Source: Mycobacterium montefiorense (GTDB lineage Bacteria > Actinomycetota > Actinomycetes > Mycobacteriales > Mycobacteriaceae). From it: a stretch of 32,000 bases of DNA. The notes below the pieces were generated by a model. It worked only from the letters and a program-made list of their open reading frames with translations. It was not told where the DNA came from and made no database searches. Of the stretch, positions 1-8,075 are shown piece by piece; the stretch's first letter is position 1, and every line of letters begins with the position of its first letter. The stretch lies in the NCBI RefSeq assembly GCF_025823255.1, contig NZ_JACKVL010000013.1, positions 682,084 to 714,083 on the forward strand. Reading direction: 5' to 3'. A program made the translations under genes and the position numbers.

Positions 1-2
1 AC

Positions 3-488
3 GTGAACGCGTACGAAGTGTTGAAGGACCACCACGTCGTGATCAAGGGTCTCGGTCGCAAGATCAGTGACGCACCGGTCAACAGCGACGAACGCCGTGC
101 ACTCTTCGACGAAATGCTGATCGAACTCGACATCCACTTCCGCATCGAAGACGACCTGTACTACCCGGCCCTGGCGGCCGCCACCAAGCTGATCGCGGTG
201 GCGCATGCCGAGCACCGCCAGGTGATCGACCAGCTTTCGGTGCTCCTCAAGACCCCGCAGACCGCGATTGGCTATGAAGACGAATGGAACTCGTTCAAGA
301 CGGTGCTCGAGGCGCACGCCGATGAAGAGGAACGCGACATGATTCCCGCGCCGCCCGAGGTGAAGATCACCGACGCCGAGCTCGAGGACCTGGGCAACAA
401 GATGAACGCCAGAATCGAGCAGTACCGTGGCTCCGCGCTGCACAAACTTCGCACCAAGGGGCGCGCCGCGCTGGTACGCGCTCTGTAG
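3..488 (+). CDS. Hemerythrin-like (HHE cation-binding) domain protein, 161 aa
   Basis: Complete ORF from GTG at 3. His/Glu/Asp-rich helical motifs (KDHHVVIKG, HFRIEDD, HAEHRQV, EAHADEEE) are typical of bacterial hemerythrin-like proteins. Same length as Rv2633c as I recall it. Confidence 0.75.
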   Translation: MNAYEVLKDHHVVIKGLGRKISDAPVNSDERRALFDEMLIELDIHFRIEDDLYYPALAAATKLIAVAHAEHRQVIDQLSVLLKTPQTAIGYEDEWNSFKTVLEAHADEEERDMIPAPPEVKITDAELEDLGNKMNARIEQYRGSALHKLRTKGRAALVRAL

Positions 489-521
489 CTGCAGGCCGAT
501 TGGCGAGTAGCGTCACGCTTC

Positions 522-1295
522 GTGAGGGCCGCACCGCAGGGCGTCGCGTCGCAGGGTGACATCACGGCGGAGATCGCCCGAATCGCGGCCGCCTGCGAGC
601 ACACGAACGCCGGCGCACAAGATCAGCCGCGGCTGAACTATCCGCCATACCGCAGCAGCATGTTGCGCCACCCGAAACAACCACTGCTGCTTACCGATCC
701 CGAGGAGCTGGAGCGCTGCGCGCCGTGCTTCGGGGAAGTCGAGGTCCACCCGCTTGACGCCGACCTGACGGCCGGCCAGCCGGGCGAGCCGATCGGGGAG
801 CGCATCATCGTGACCGGGCGGCTGCTGGATCGGTCCGGGCGACCGCTGGCGGGCCAGCTGATCGAAATCTGGCAGGCCAACGCCAGCGGTCGCTACCGCC
901 ACCAGCGCGACCAGCACCCGGCTCCGCTCGACCCGAACTTCATTGGTGCCGGTCGCTGCCTGACCGGGCCCGACGGGACGTACCGATTCCTGACCGTCAA
1001 GCCCGGTCCCTATCCGTGGCGTAATCACCACAACGCGTGGCGGCCGGCGCACATCCATTTCTCGCTGTTCGGTACCGCGTTCACCCAGCGCCTGATCACC
1101 CAGATGTACTTCCCGGGCGACCCGCTGTTCGACCTGGATCCGATTTTCCAATCGGTTCTGGATCCCGCTGCGCGCCAACGCCTGATCGCCGGCTACGACC
1201 ACGATCTCACCGAGCCGGAATATGCCACCGGATATCGATGGGACATCGTGCTGGCGGGCAGCTCCAGCACCTGGACAGAAGCCGAACATGACTGA
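522..1295 (+). CDS. pcaH: Protocatechuate 3,4-dioxygenase beta subunit
   Basis: Translation has the intradiol dioxygenase core (IWQANASGRYRH, RPAHIHFSLF, YFPGDP) and the N-terminal LNYPPYRSSMLRHPKQPL typical of PcaH. The GTG 522 start is uncertain. Confidence 0.85.
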   Translation: MRAAPQGVASQGDITAEIARIAAACEHTNAGAQDQPRLNYPPYRSSMLRHPKQPLLLTDPEELERCAPCFGEVEVHPLDADLTAGQPGEPIGERIIVTGRLLDRSGRPLAGQLIEIWQANASGRYRHQRDQHPAPLDPNFIGAGRCLTGPDGTYRFLTVKPGPYPWRNHHNAWRPAHIHFSLFGTAFTQRLITQMYFPGDPLFDLDPIFQSVLDPAARQRLIAGYDHDLTEPEYATGYRWDIVLAGSSSTWTEAEHD

Positions 1296-1833
1296 ATTAG
1301 CCAGTACCCCGGGGCAAACCGTCGGCCCCTTCCTTCATCTCGGGTTGCCTTGCGACACCGAGATGGTGGACGACGCGGATCTCGGCGCGCTCCGGCTGCA
1401 CGGCACGGTGTACGACGGGGCGGGCACACCGATCCCGGATGCCCTGATTGAACTCTGGCAGGCCGACACCGCCGGGCGCATCCCCCGCCGCTCGCTGCGG
1501 CGTGACGGCTTCACCGGGTGGGGCAGGGCCGCAACGGATGCCGCCGGGTGCTACAGCTTCACCACGGTGACACCGGGAAGCGACGGGCGGCCACCGTTCT
1601 TCGCGATCACCGTCTTTGCTCGCGGGCTGTTGAATCGACTGTTCACTCGCGCCTATCTGCCCGGCGCGGATCTGGCTGCGGACCCGCTACTGGCCACCCT
1701 CGCTGCCGAGCGGCGGGCCACCTTGCTCTGTGTTGGCGAAAGCGGCTCGGGCCGAACGGATTACCGATTCGATATTCATCTGCAGGGTCCACACGAGACC
1801 GTGTTTCTGGCGTACCGGGACGCTGCGGTATGA
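1288..1833 (+). CDS. pcaG: Protocatechuate 3,4-dioxygenase alpha subunit
   Basis: In-frame ATG at 1288 gives MTELASTPGQTVGPF... and overlaps the pcaH stop by 8 nt (ATGACTGA). ELWQADTAGR and FFAITVFARGL are intradiol dioxygenase alpha-chain-like. The 5' part of the 1222 ORF overlaps pcaH and is discarded. Confidence 0.85.
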   Translation: MTELASTPGQTVGPFLHLGLPCDTEMVDDADLGALRLHGTVYDGAGTPIPDALIELWQADTAGRIPRRSLRRDGFTGWGRAATDAAGCYSFTTVTPGSDGRPPFFAITVFARGLLNRLFTRAYLPGADLAADPLLATLAAERRATLLCVGESGSGRTDYRFDIHLQGPHETVFLAYRDAAV

Positions 1834-3059
1834 CCAATCTGTTGTGGCCGGGCGACCACCGTGCCGGCGAGCACCTGACCGATCAGTCGCTGCTGCGGTC
1901 GATGGTCGCGGTGGAATCCGCGTGGCTGAGCGCCCTGGCCGCCGCGGGTTTGGCGCCCGCCGGCGCTGCAAGCGCCGACCTGTCAAACCTGGTGGACCAG
2001 GGCGATATGGAAGCGCTCGCAGTCGCCGCCGAGGACAGCGGCAACCCGATCGTAGGCCTGGTCGAGCTGCTGCGTGAGCGAGCTGAGCCTGCCTTCGCCC
2101 CGTGGATCCACCGCGGGCTCACCAGCCAGGACGTCGTGGACACCGCGCTGATGCTTGGCGTGCGCGCCGTGGTGGACGAGCTGAGAACGCAGCTTTGCGA
2201 GCAGGTTTCGACGCTGGCTGCACTTGCGGACTTACATCGGGCCACCCCGATGGTGGCCCGGACGCTCACCCAGCAGGCCGCGCCGACCACGTTCGGCGCC
2301 AAGGCGGCCGGCTGGTGCAACGGCGTCGTCGATGCCTGCGAGCAGCTTTGCGGGCTGATGACCCCGATCCAGGTCGGTGGGGCCGTCGGAACGTGGTCGG
2401 CCACGACGGAACTCGCCACACTGCTCACCGACGCGGCAGACCCGGCGGGAATATCGGAGCGGGTAATGCAAGCCGCTGCAGCGACTTTGGGTTTGGGGGT
2501 GCGGCCACCGTGGCATGCCACCCGGACGCCGGTGACCGCGGCGGCGGATGCCTTCCTTGGGTGCACCGATAGCTGGGGCCGGATCGCCTCGGATGTGGTC
2601 ACCCTGGCACGTCCGGAGATCGGCGAATTGAGCGAACCGGCCGCCGGCAACCGTGGCGGCTCGTCGTCGATGCCGCACAAGCGCAATCCGGTGCTGTCCA
2701 TCCTGATACGGCGGACTGCGATATCGGTGCCGCAGCTGGCCGCGACCCTGCACACCGCGGCGGCGCTGGCCAACGACGAACGCCCCGATGGGGCATGGCA
2801 TGCCGAATGGGACACGCTGCGAACCCTGGCCCGGCGGACCCTGAGTGCGGGCTCCCAGTGTGGCGAGCTGCTGGCCGGGCTGCAGGTGCATGCCGGGCGG
2901 ATGGCCGAGAACCTGAGTGCTGCAGACGTTCTCGGTGAGCAACGCGCGATCGCCGACCTGGCCGGGAAGTCGCCGACGCCAAGCTATTTCGGCGCGGTCG
3001 ACCGATTGATCGACGCCAGCCTAGCTCGCGCCGAGCGGATATCCGGCAAGCGGCCGTGA
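1830..3059 (+). CDS. pcaB: 3-carboxy-cis,cis-muconate cycloisomerase (fumarate-lyase superfamily)
   Basis: ATG 1830 overlaps the pcaG stop (ATGA). Lyase-1 signature GGSSSMPHKRNPV is present, and the gene follows pcaHG. The 104 upstream codons of the 1518 ORF overlap pcaG and look non-coding. Confidence 0.85.
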   Translation: MTNLLWPGDHRAGEHLTDQSLLRSMVAVESAWLSALAAAGLAPAGAASADLSNLVDQGDMEALAVAAEDSGNPIVGLVELLRERAEPAFAPWIHRGLTSQDVVDTALMLGVRAVVDELRTQLCEQVSTLAALADLHRATPMVARTLTQQAAPTTFGAKAAGWCNGVVDACEQLCGLMTPIQVGGAVGTWSATTELATLLTDAADPAGISERVMQAAAATLGLGVRPPWHATRTPVTAAADAFLGCTDSWGRIASDVVTLARPEIGELSEPAAGNRGGSSSMPHKRNPVLSILIRRTAISVPQLAATLHTAAALANDERPDGAWHAEWDTLRTLARRTLSAGSQCGELLAGLQVHAGRMAENLSAADVLGEQRAIADLAGKSPTPSYFGAVDRLIDASLARAERISGKRP

Positions 3060-3746
3060 GGTGTTGGCGGTGATGTCCCGCAGCGACAGCGCAGCATGCG
3101 CGGCGCCGGCGTTGCCGTCCTGGTAGATGCTGGCCAGCCAGATGTGCACCAGCGTGTCGATCACCCGGTCCTGGCCGATCGCCGGGGATTCGGTGGTGAA
3201 CGTCGCGGTCATCAGCCGCTCGCTCAACATGTTCAGCGCGATCGATAGGTCCTCGGCTCCGACGGTCGCCGGGGCGATGCCCCGTTCGCGCTCGGCCGTG
3301 ATCGCGACGGTGGTAAACGAGATCCACTTCTGCATCAGCGTCGACCAGAGCTGGCGGACCTCGGGGTTGGTGGCCTTGGCTGCCGCGCCGGCCACGGCGA
3401 CCGCGCGGTGTGAGCCCGACACTTCGAAGAACGCCTCGATGCGGTCGCGCCACAGCATCGCGGGATCGCCGGTCAGCTTGTCGCGAAGTTTCTTCAGCGC
3501 CGCGTGTGCCTTGTTGTTCATTTGGTCCAGCAACGAAAGCAGCACCGCGTTTTTCGACGGGAAATAGAAGTAGAAGGTGGGGCGGGAGATGCCGGCACCT
3601 TTTGCCAGATCGTCGACGGAGAAGTCGGCCAGCGGCCGCTCCTGAAGGAGTCGCTCGGCGGTGGCCAGGATGGCCTGCTCACGGTCGTCACCCGAGTGAT
3701 GCGAGGAACGGCGACCGCGGGAGACATGCGCGTACCCGGTGTGCAT
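3021..3746 (-). CDS. TetR-family transcriptional repressor, EthR-like
   Basis: GDDREQAILATAERLLQERPLADFSVDDLAKGAGISRPTFYFYFPSKNAVLLSLLD plus LWSTLMQKWI and DTLVHIWLASIY closely match my recollection of M. tuberculosis EthR. ATG 3746 is chosen as the start. GTG 3761 is an alternative, with a TAGGGT -10 seven nt upstream that would suggest a leaderless mRNA. The 3' end overlaps pcaB by 39 bp (convergent). Confidence 0.85.
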   Translation of the reverse strand: MHTGYAHVSRGRRSSHHSGDDREQAILATAERLLQERPLADFSVDDLAKGAGISRPTFYFYFPSKNAVLLSLLDQMNNKAHAALKKLRDKLTGDPAMLWRDRIEAFFEVSGSHRAVAVAGAAAKATNPEVRQLWSTLMQKWISFTTVAITAERERGIAPATVGAEDLSIALNMLSERLMTATFTTESPAIGQDRVIDTLVHIWLASIYQDGNAGAAHAALSLRDITANTSRPLAGYPLGAS

Positions 3747-3800
3747 CGAGGGGTCGGACACGGCACATACCCTAGGGGTGCACCGATATATGCCAGGCAA

Positions 3801-3822
3801 ATTGTTGATGACGACGAACAAT
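3801..3822. promoter_or_regulatory. Inverted repeat ATTGTT-N10-AACAAT in the AT-rich region upstream of the TetR gene (candidate operator)
   Basis: Read directly: ATTGTT at 3801-3806 and AACAAT at 3817-3822. It lies in the 140-bp gap between the methyltransferase 3' end and the TetR start. The arms are short, so support is weak. Confidence 0.3.
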
Positions 3823-3887
3823 AATGTCGATTAAGTTCAGCGCTTTGCCGGCGCGATCGGCGCCGGTGGCGAATTTCGGAGTCGACT

Positions 3888-4709
3888 TTACTCGTGCTCC
3901 GGCTTACGGGCGATGATCGCGACGGCGGTCAGCTGGTCGCGGTGCTTGCGGAACGTGTGACGCATGGTCAGCACCCGCTTGCGCGCGTCCGGATGCAGGA
4001 GCAGGTTTCTGGCAAACCGCAGCGCTCCGAAAAGCCCTTCGTCGGCGATGATCCGGCGTGGCTGCAACAGCGCCATCGGTGCGGTCACCACCCGGTCGAC
4101 GATCAGTCCGTGGTCCGACAGGAGTTGTGACCATTCGGCAATGGTCAACGGACGCGCGTTCACCTTGATCGCGCGGGCAAGCGCCTGCCGGATCTCCGTG
4201 CTGATCTCCTCGGGCACGGTGTCGGGTGTCAGCGCGAGTTCGTGGATCGCGTAGCGGCCGCGCGGTCTGAGCACCCGCGCGGCCTCGGCGACGATCGCGT
4301 GCTTGGTGGCATCGCCCTGCATCGTCAGCATCGCCTCGCCGATGACGACGTCCCGACTGGCGTCGGGCAATCCGGTGTCGGCCGCGTCGGCGACCCGGAC
4401 CGTGCCGGTCGCGGCGTTCAGTCCGGCAATGACGTCCCGAACGCTGTCGGCCGCATCGGGGTCCTGTTCGGCGCCCACATACGACCGCGGTTGCCGGTTG
4501 AGAATCTCCGCTGCGGTGCGGCCGAGACCCGGCGCCAGCTCAAGCACATCGGCGTCGGTCACCTGGGCGCCGGCCAGCATGGTGCGGGTGAGCCCGACGC
4601 CACCCGGGCGAAGGACTCGTTTCCCCAGCCGCGCAAGCGGCCAATGTCCCTGGACGCTGTGCGACTTGACATGGGAGCCATGGGCTTTCCCGTCCTTCCT
4701 GGTTTTCAC
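3888..4709 (-). CDS. Class I SAM-dependent methyltransferase, 273 aa (Rv2622-like by position and length)
   Basis: Motif I VLELAPGLGRTA, followed by DVVIGEAML and the post-II VLRPRGRYAIHE pattern of Methyltransf_11/25 enzymes. GTG 4709 is the only plausible upstream start. Confidence 0.8.
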   Translation of the reverse strand: MKTRKDGKAHGSHVKSHSVQGHWPLARLGKRVLRPGGVGLTRTMLAGAQVTDADVLELAPGLGRTAAEILNRQPRSYVGAEQDPDAADSVRDVIAGLNAATGTVRVADAADTGLPDASRDVVIGEAMLTMQGDATKHAIVAEAARVLRPRGRYAIHELALTPDTVPEEISTEIRQALARAIKVNARPLTIAEWSQLLSDHGLIVDRVVTAPMALLQPRRIIADEGLFGALRFARNLLLHPDARKRVLTMRHTFRKHRDQLTAVAIIARKPEHE

Positions 4710-4722
4710 AACTTTGATTGTG

Positions 4723-4728
4723 TAAACT
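4723..4728 (+). promoter_or_regulatory. Candidate -10 hexamer (TAAACT) for a leaderless fdxA-like transcript
   Basis: TAAACT fits the mycobacterial TANNNT -10 and lies 7 nt before the A of ATG 4736. No Shine-Dalgarno fits in the 26-bp gap to the divergent methyltransferase. Confidence 0.35.
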
Positions 4729-4735
4729 CTATCGC

Positions 4736-5092
4736 ATGACCTACGTTATCGGGAAGCCCTGCATCGATGTGATGGATCGGGCATGTGTGGACGAATGCCC
4801 GGTGGACTGCATCTACGAGGGTGGCCGGGCGCTCTACATCCATCCCGACGAATGCGTGGACTGCGGCGCGTGTGAGCCGGTCTGCCCGGTCGATGCGATT
4901 TACTACGAAGACGACCTGCCCGAGGAGTTGCGGCCGCACCTGGCCGACAATGAGGCGTTTTTCTCCGAGACCCTGCCGGGGCGCGACGCTCCACTGGGGT
5001 CACCGGGCGGAGCGGCCAAGCTCGGTGCACTGGGTGTCGACGCTCCGTTGGTGGCCGCTGAACCGAAGGCCGACGTTTCCGAGGGAGCGTGA
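4736..5092 (+). CDS. fdxA: 7Fe ([3Fe-4S][4Fe-4S]) ferredoxin, FdxA-like
   Basis: MTYVIGKPCIDVMDRACVDECPVDCIYEG...DECVDCGACEPVCPVDAIY carries both Cys clusters, and the LPGRDAPLGSPGGAAKLG tail resembles mycobacterial FdxA. The start is at the internal ATG 4736 of the 4718 ORF. Confidence 0.85.
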   Translation: MTYVIGKPCIDVMDRACVDECPVDCIYEGGRALYIHPDECVDCGACEPVCPVDAIYYEDDLPEELRPHLADNEAFFSETLPGRDAPLGSPGGAAKLGALGVDAPLVAAEPKADVSEGA

Positions 5093-5103
5093 GGAGGATC
5101 GCC

Positions 5104-5763
5104 ATGTCAACGGGGGAGTCCGCGGGTCGTCGTCGTGAGGTGCTGCGGACGTTGCGGACATCCCGGGATCCGCTGACCATCGTCGCGATCGCCGATGCGT
5201 TGGGCGTGCATCCCAACACCGTTCGCTTCCACCTCGACAGTCTTCTCGGCGACGGCCAGGTGGAACAGGTCGAGCCGGGGCGCAAGGGGCCGGGGCGTCC
5301 ACCGCTGATGTTCCGGGCGGTCCGCCAGATGGATCGCGGCGGCACGCGGCACTACCGGTTGCTCGCCGAGATACTGACGATGGCCTTTGCGGCCGAACAG
5401 GATTCGGGCGCCAGGGCGCTGGCCGCCGGGCGGGCGTGGGGACGACAACTCGATTCGAGCGTGGACTCGTCGCCCGGGGACGCCCAGAGTCCGCAGGCTT
5501 CGATCGATCAGCTGGTCGATGTGCTCGATCAGCTTGGGTTTGCCCCCGAGCGCCGCCGAGCCGACGGGGAACAACAGGTCGGTCTGCGGCACTGTCCGTT
5601 CCTCGAGCTCGCCGAAACCCGTGCCAGCGTTGTGTGTCCCGTCCATCTCGGGCTTATGCAAGGAGTCCTGGAAAGCTGGGGTTCCCCGTTTGCTGTCGAG
5701 CGCCTCGATACGTTCGTCGAACCGGATTTGTGCGTCGCCCACCTCGAGATGCAGGAGGCCTAA
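5104..5763 (+). CDS. Winged-helix (ArsR/MarR-like) transcriptional regulator, Rv2621c-like
   Basis: N-terminal wHTH (RREVLRTLRTSRDPLTIVAIADALGVHPNTVRFHLDSLLGDGQV). A GAGGAGGA Shine-Dalgarno lies 5 nt before ATG 5104. GTG 5089 is an alternative start. Confidence 0.75.
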   Translation: MSTGESAGRRREVLRTLRTSRDPLTIVAIADALGVHPNTVRFHLDSLLGDGQVEQVEPGRKGPGRPPLMFRAVRQMDRGGTRHYRLLAEILTMAFAAEQDSGARALAAGRAWGRQLDSSVDSSPGDAQSPQASIDQLVDVLDQLGFAPERRRADGEQQVGLRHCPFLELAETRASVVCPVHLGLMQGVLESWGSPFAVERLDTFVEPDLCVAHLEMQEA

Positions 5764-5765
5764 CG

Positions 5766-6191
5766 ATGAGCACCGAAATGGCGATCGCCGTCGCGATCAC
5801 CTTCGTCTGGCTTGGCATGGTGTTGGCCATCTCGTTTTTGGAAGCCCCGCTGAAATTCCGGGCGCCCAACGTGACCTTGCAGATCGGACTTGGCATCGGG
5901 CGCTTGGTTTTTCGCGCACTCAACACCGTCGAGGTCGCATTCGCCATCGTCATCCTGGCGGTCGCGGTGGACGGCCCGATGCCGTCGCGGATCATCGTCG
6001 CATTTTGCGTCGCGTTCGCCGCGCTCGCCGTGCAGTTGATCTCGGTGCGGCCCCAGCTGACTCGCCGCTCGGATGCGGTACTCGCCGGATCGAACGCGCC
6101 CCGCTCCCGAGCTCACTACGTCTATGTCGCTTTCGAGGTGGTCAAGGTGGCGGCGTTGATTGTGGCGGGGATACTCCTATTGACCGCATAG
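5766..6191 (+). CDS. Small integral membrane protein, 141 aa, about 4 TM helices (Rv2620c-like)
   Basis: An AGGAGG Shine-Dalgarno lies 8 nt upstream of ATG 5766. Four hydrophobic segments are visible. The 110 upstream codons of the 5436 ORF overlap the regulator gene and are discarded. Confidence 0.65.
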   Translation: MSTEMAIAVAITFVWLGMVLAISFLEAPLKFRAPNVTLQIGLGIGRLVFRALNTVEVAFAIVILAVAVDGPMPSRIIVAFCVAFAALAVQLISVRPQLTRRSDAVLAGSNAPRSRAHYVYVAFEVVKVAALIVAGILLLTA

Positions 6192-6241
6192 ACGTCTCAA
6201 CGCCCACCGACAGCCCACCGCCACACCGAGGGGACTTACCA

Positions 6242-6589
6242 ATGGAATCAATCTCGCTGACCAGCCTGGCGACCGAAAAGCTGGCCGAAGCCCGGCAGTC
6301 GCACAGCGGACGAGCCGCACACACCATTCACGGCGGCCACGACCATGAACTCCGGCAGACCGTGCTCGCGTTGCTCGCCGACCACGACCTGTCCGAACAT
6401 GACAGCCCCGGCGAGGCGACGCTGCAGGTGCTGCAGGGTCACGTGCGTCTGACGGCGGGTGGCGACTCCTGGGACGGTACGACCGGTGACTACGTCGCGA
6501 TTCCGCTGCAACGCCATGCCCTGCACGCGGTCGAGGATTCGGTGATCATTTTGACGGTGCTGAAGAGCATCCCCTCTGTGGCACACTAG
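6242..6589 (+). CDS. Cupin-domain protein, 115 aa (Rv2619c-like)
   Basis: Only the last 115 codons of the 400-aa ORF look coding. A GAGGGGA Shine-Dalgarno precedes ATG 6242. The beta-rich sequence contains QVLQGHVRLTAGGDSWDGTTGDYVAIP, a cupin-like motif. Confidence 0.65.
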   Translation: MESISLTSLATEKLAEARQSHSGRAAHTIHGGHDHELRQTVLALLADHDLSEHDSPGEATLQVLQGHVRLTAGGDSWDGTTGDYVAIPLQRHALHAVEDSVIILTVLKSIPSVAH

Positions 6590-6593
6590 CCGT

Positions 6594-7541
6594 ATGTTAT
6601 TCACTTCCTGGTCAAAGGATTTCGGCCTGCGGGTGCCTATTGTCAACGCCCCGATGGGTGGGGTCGCCGGTGGTCGGCTGGCCGCCGCGGTGACAGCTGC
6701 CGGAGGTTTGGGCATGGTCGGCATGGGCAGTTCGGCGACCAGGAAATCGTTGGCGACCCAGCTGCAACATGTCGACGGGCGATTCGGGATCGGCTTGGTG
6801 GACTGGGTGATACGCGGCCAACCGGGGCTGCTAGAGGATGCCCTGGCGGCGCGCCCGGTTCTATTGTCGGTCAGTTTCGGTACCGACTGGTCCTGGGTAG
6901 CCAAGGCGCATGACGTCGGAATTACCACCGTCACACAGGTATTCGATGCTGCCGACGCTCTTCGGGCTGTTGACGGGGGAGTCGACATCGTGGTCGCGCG
7001 TGGCGCGGAAGGTGGCGGTCACGGTGAGGTGAAGCTCGCGACGCTGCCGTTGCTGGATGCCGTGTTGGAGGCAGTGTCGGTGCCGGTGCTCGTGGGCGGC
7101 GGCATTGCCTCGGCGCGCAGCCTGGCCGCGGTGCTGGCGGCGGGAGCCAGCGGCGCGTGGGTCGGCACCCGGTTGATGGCGTGTGCGGAGAGTCTGAGCA
7201 GTGACGGTAGCCGCCGTGCCGTGATCGCAGCCAACGCCACCGACACCGTGGTCACCCGGATCTTCGACATCGCCGAGGATCTGGCGTGGCCGACGCGGTT
7301 TCCGTCGCGGGTATTGGCGAATGACTTTGTCACGCGCTGGACGGGTAAAGAGGACGCGCTTGCCAACGACCAAGCGGCCCGCGATGAGCTGGCCGCCTCG
7401 ATCAAAGCCGACGACCGCAACGTTGCCGCGGTCCACACCGGTCAGGCTGTCGGCATGATCCGTGACGACGCATCAGTAGCCGAGGTCATAGACGGAATGT
7501 GTTCGGGTGCAAAGGAATTGCTGACTGGCTGGAGTTCCTAG
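6594..7541 (+). CDS. Nitronate monooxygenase / 2-nitropropane dioxygenase family (FMN TIM barrel)
   Basis: VPIVNAPMGGVAGGRLAAAVTAAGGLGMVG, GAEGGGHG and PVLVGGGIA motifs are characteristic of the NMO family. Confidence 0.85.
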   Translation: MLFTSWSKDFGLRVPIVNAPMGGVAGGRLAAAVTAAGGLGMVGMGSSATRKSLATQLQHVDGRFGIGLVDWVIRGQPGLLEDALAARPVLLSVSFGTDWSWVAKAHDVGITTVTQVFDAADALRAVDGGVDIVVARGAEGGGHGEVKLATLPLLDAVLEAVSVPVLVGGGIASARSLAAVLAAGASGAWVGTRLMACAESLSSDGSRRAVIAANATDTVVTRIFDIAEDLAWPTRFPSRVLANDFVTRWTGKEDALANDQAARDELAASIKADDRNVAAVHTGQAVGMIRDDASVAEVIDGMCSGAKELLTGWSS

Positions 7542-7544
7542 CCG

Positions 7545-8045
7545 TCACACTCCGCGCAGGTAGCGCTTGGCGATGACGCGCTGAGCCACCGACACCACCG
7601 GATGCCCGAGTTTGCTCCACCAGGTCGCCGGGCGGGAAAACGCCGACACCTCGGCGAAGACCGCGTCCGTCGCCGGGTCGAAGCGGACGGCGAAGCGCTC
7701 CTCGCCGGATTCGGGATGGCCTTCCAGCGTGCCGTAGCCGAAACCGCGGATGTCGGGCTCATCGATCACGTACACGACCCGGCACGGCGCGGGCAGAAAG
7801 CCCATCCGCACCAGCACCACCGTGTCGAGGGCCGCGACGTCGGAGCTGGCGTTCACCCGCAGCCCGGCCCCGTGTTGCATGCCCCAGCGCATCACGGCCT
7901 CGGCGGCCCGCTCGAAACGCTGCCGGCCGGTACCGATCTGCTTCTCGACGTGCAAGTGGCCGTATCCAGCGGGCAGGTCGCCGGCGGCGGTCGCACCCAC
8001 TTCGGAGTAACTCAGCGGAAGTTCCTCGAGTGCTGCTAGGTCCAC
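7545..8045 (-). CDS. DUF1990 family protein, 166 aa (Rv2616-like)
   Basis: LSYSEVGAT...FGYGTLEGHPESGEERF is the DUF1990 pattern as I recall it. GTG 8045 gives 166 aa and avoids overlap with the divergent reductase gene. ATG 8114 is a longer alternative. Confidence 0.7.
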   Translation of the reverse strand: MDLAALEELPLSYSEVGATAAGDLPAGYGHLHVEKQIGTGRQRFERAAEAVMRWGMQHGAGLRVNASSDVAALDTVVLVRMGFLPAPCRVVYVIDEPDIRGFGYGTLEGHPESGEERFAVRFDPATDAVFAEVSAFSRPATWWSKLGHPVVSVAQRVIAKRYLRGV

Positions 8046-8075
8046 ACGCCCAGCTTGCCACGCCGAGATGCGTGA

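Noticed and set aside
1883..3453. Minus-strand ORFs of 310, 236 and 284 aa across pcaB and the TetR gene
   Set aside because: All overlap strongly supported genes in other frames or on the other strand, and they translate to Arg/Pro/Ala-rich low-complexity sequence.
5387..6241. N-terminal 285 codons of the 400-aa plus-strand ORF (and the first 110 codons of the 5436 ORF)
   Set aside because: These stretches overlap the regulator and membrane-protein genes in alternative frames and look like Arg/Pro-rich nonsense. Only the 3' parts, each with its own Shine-Dalgarno and ATG, are protein-like.
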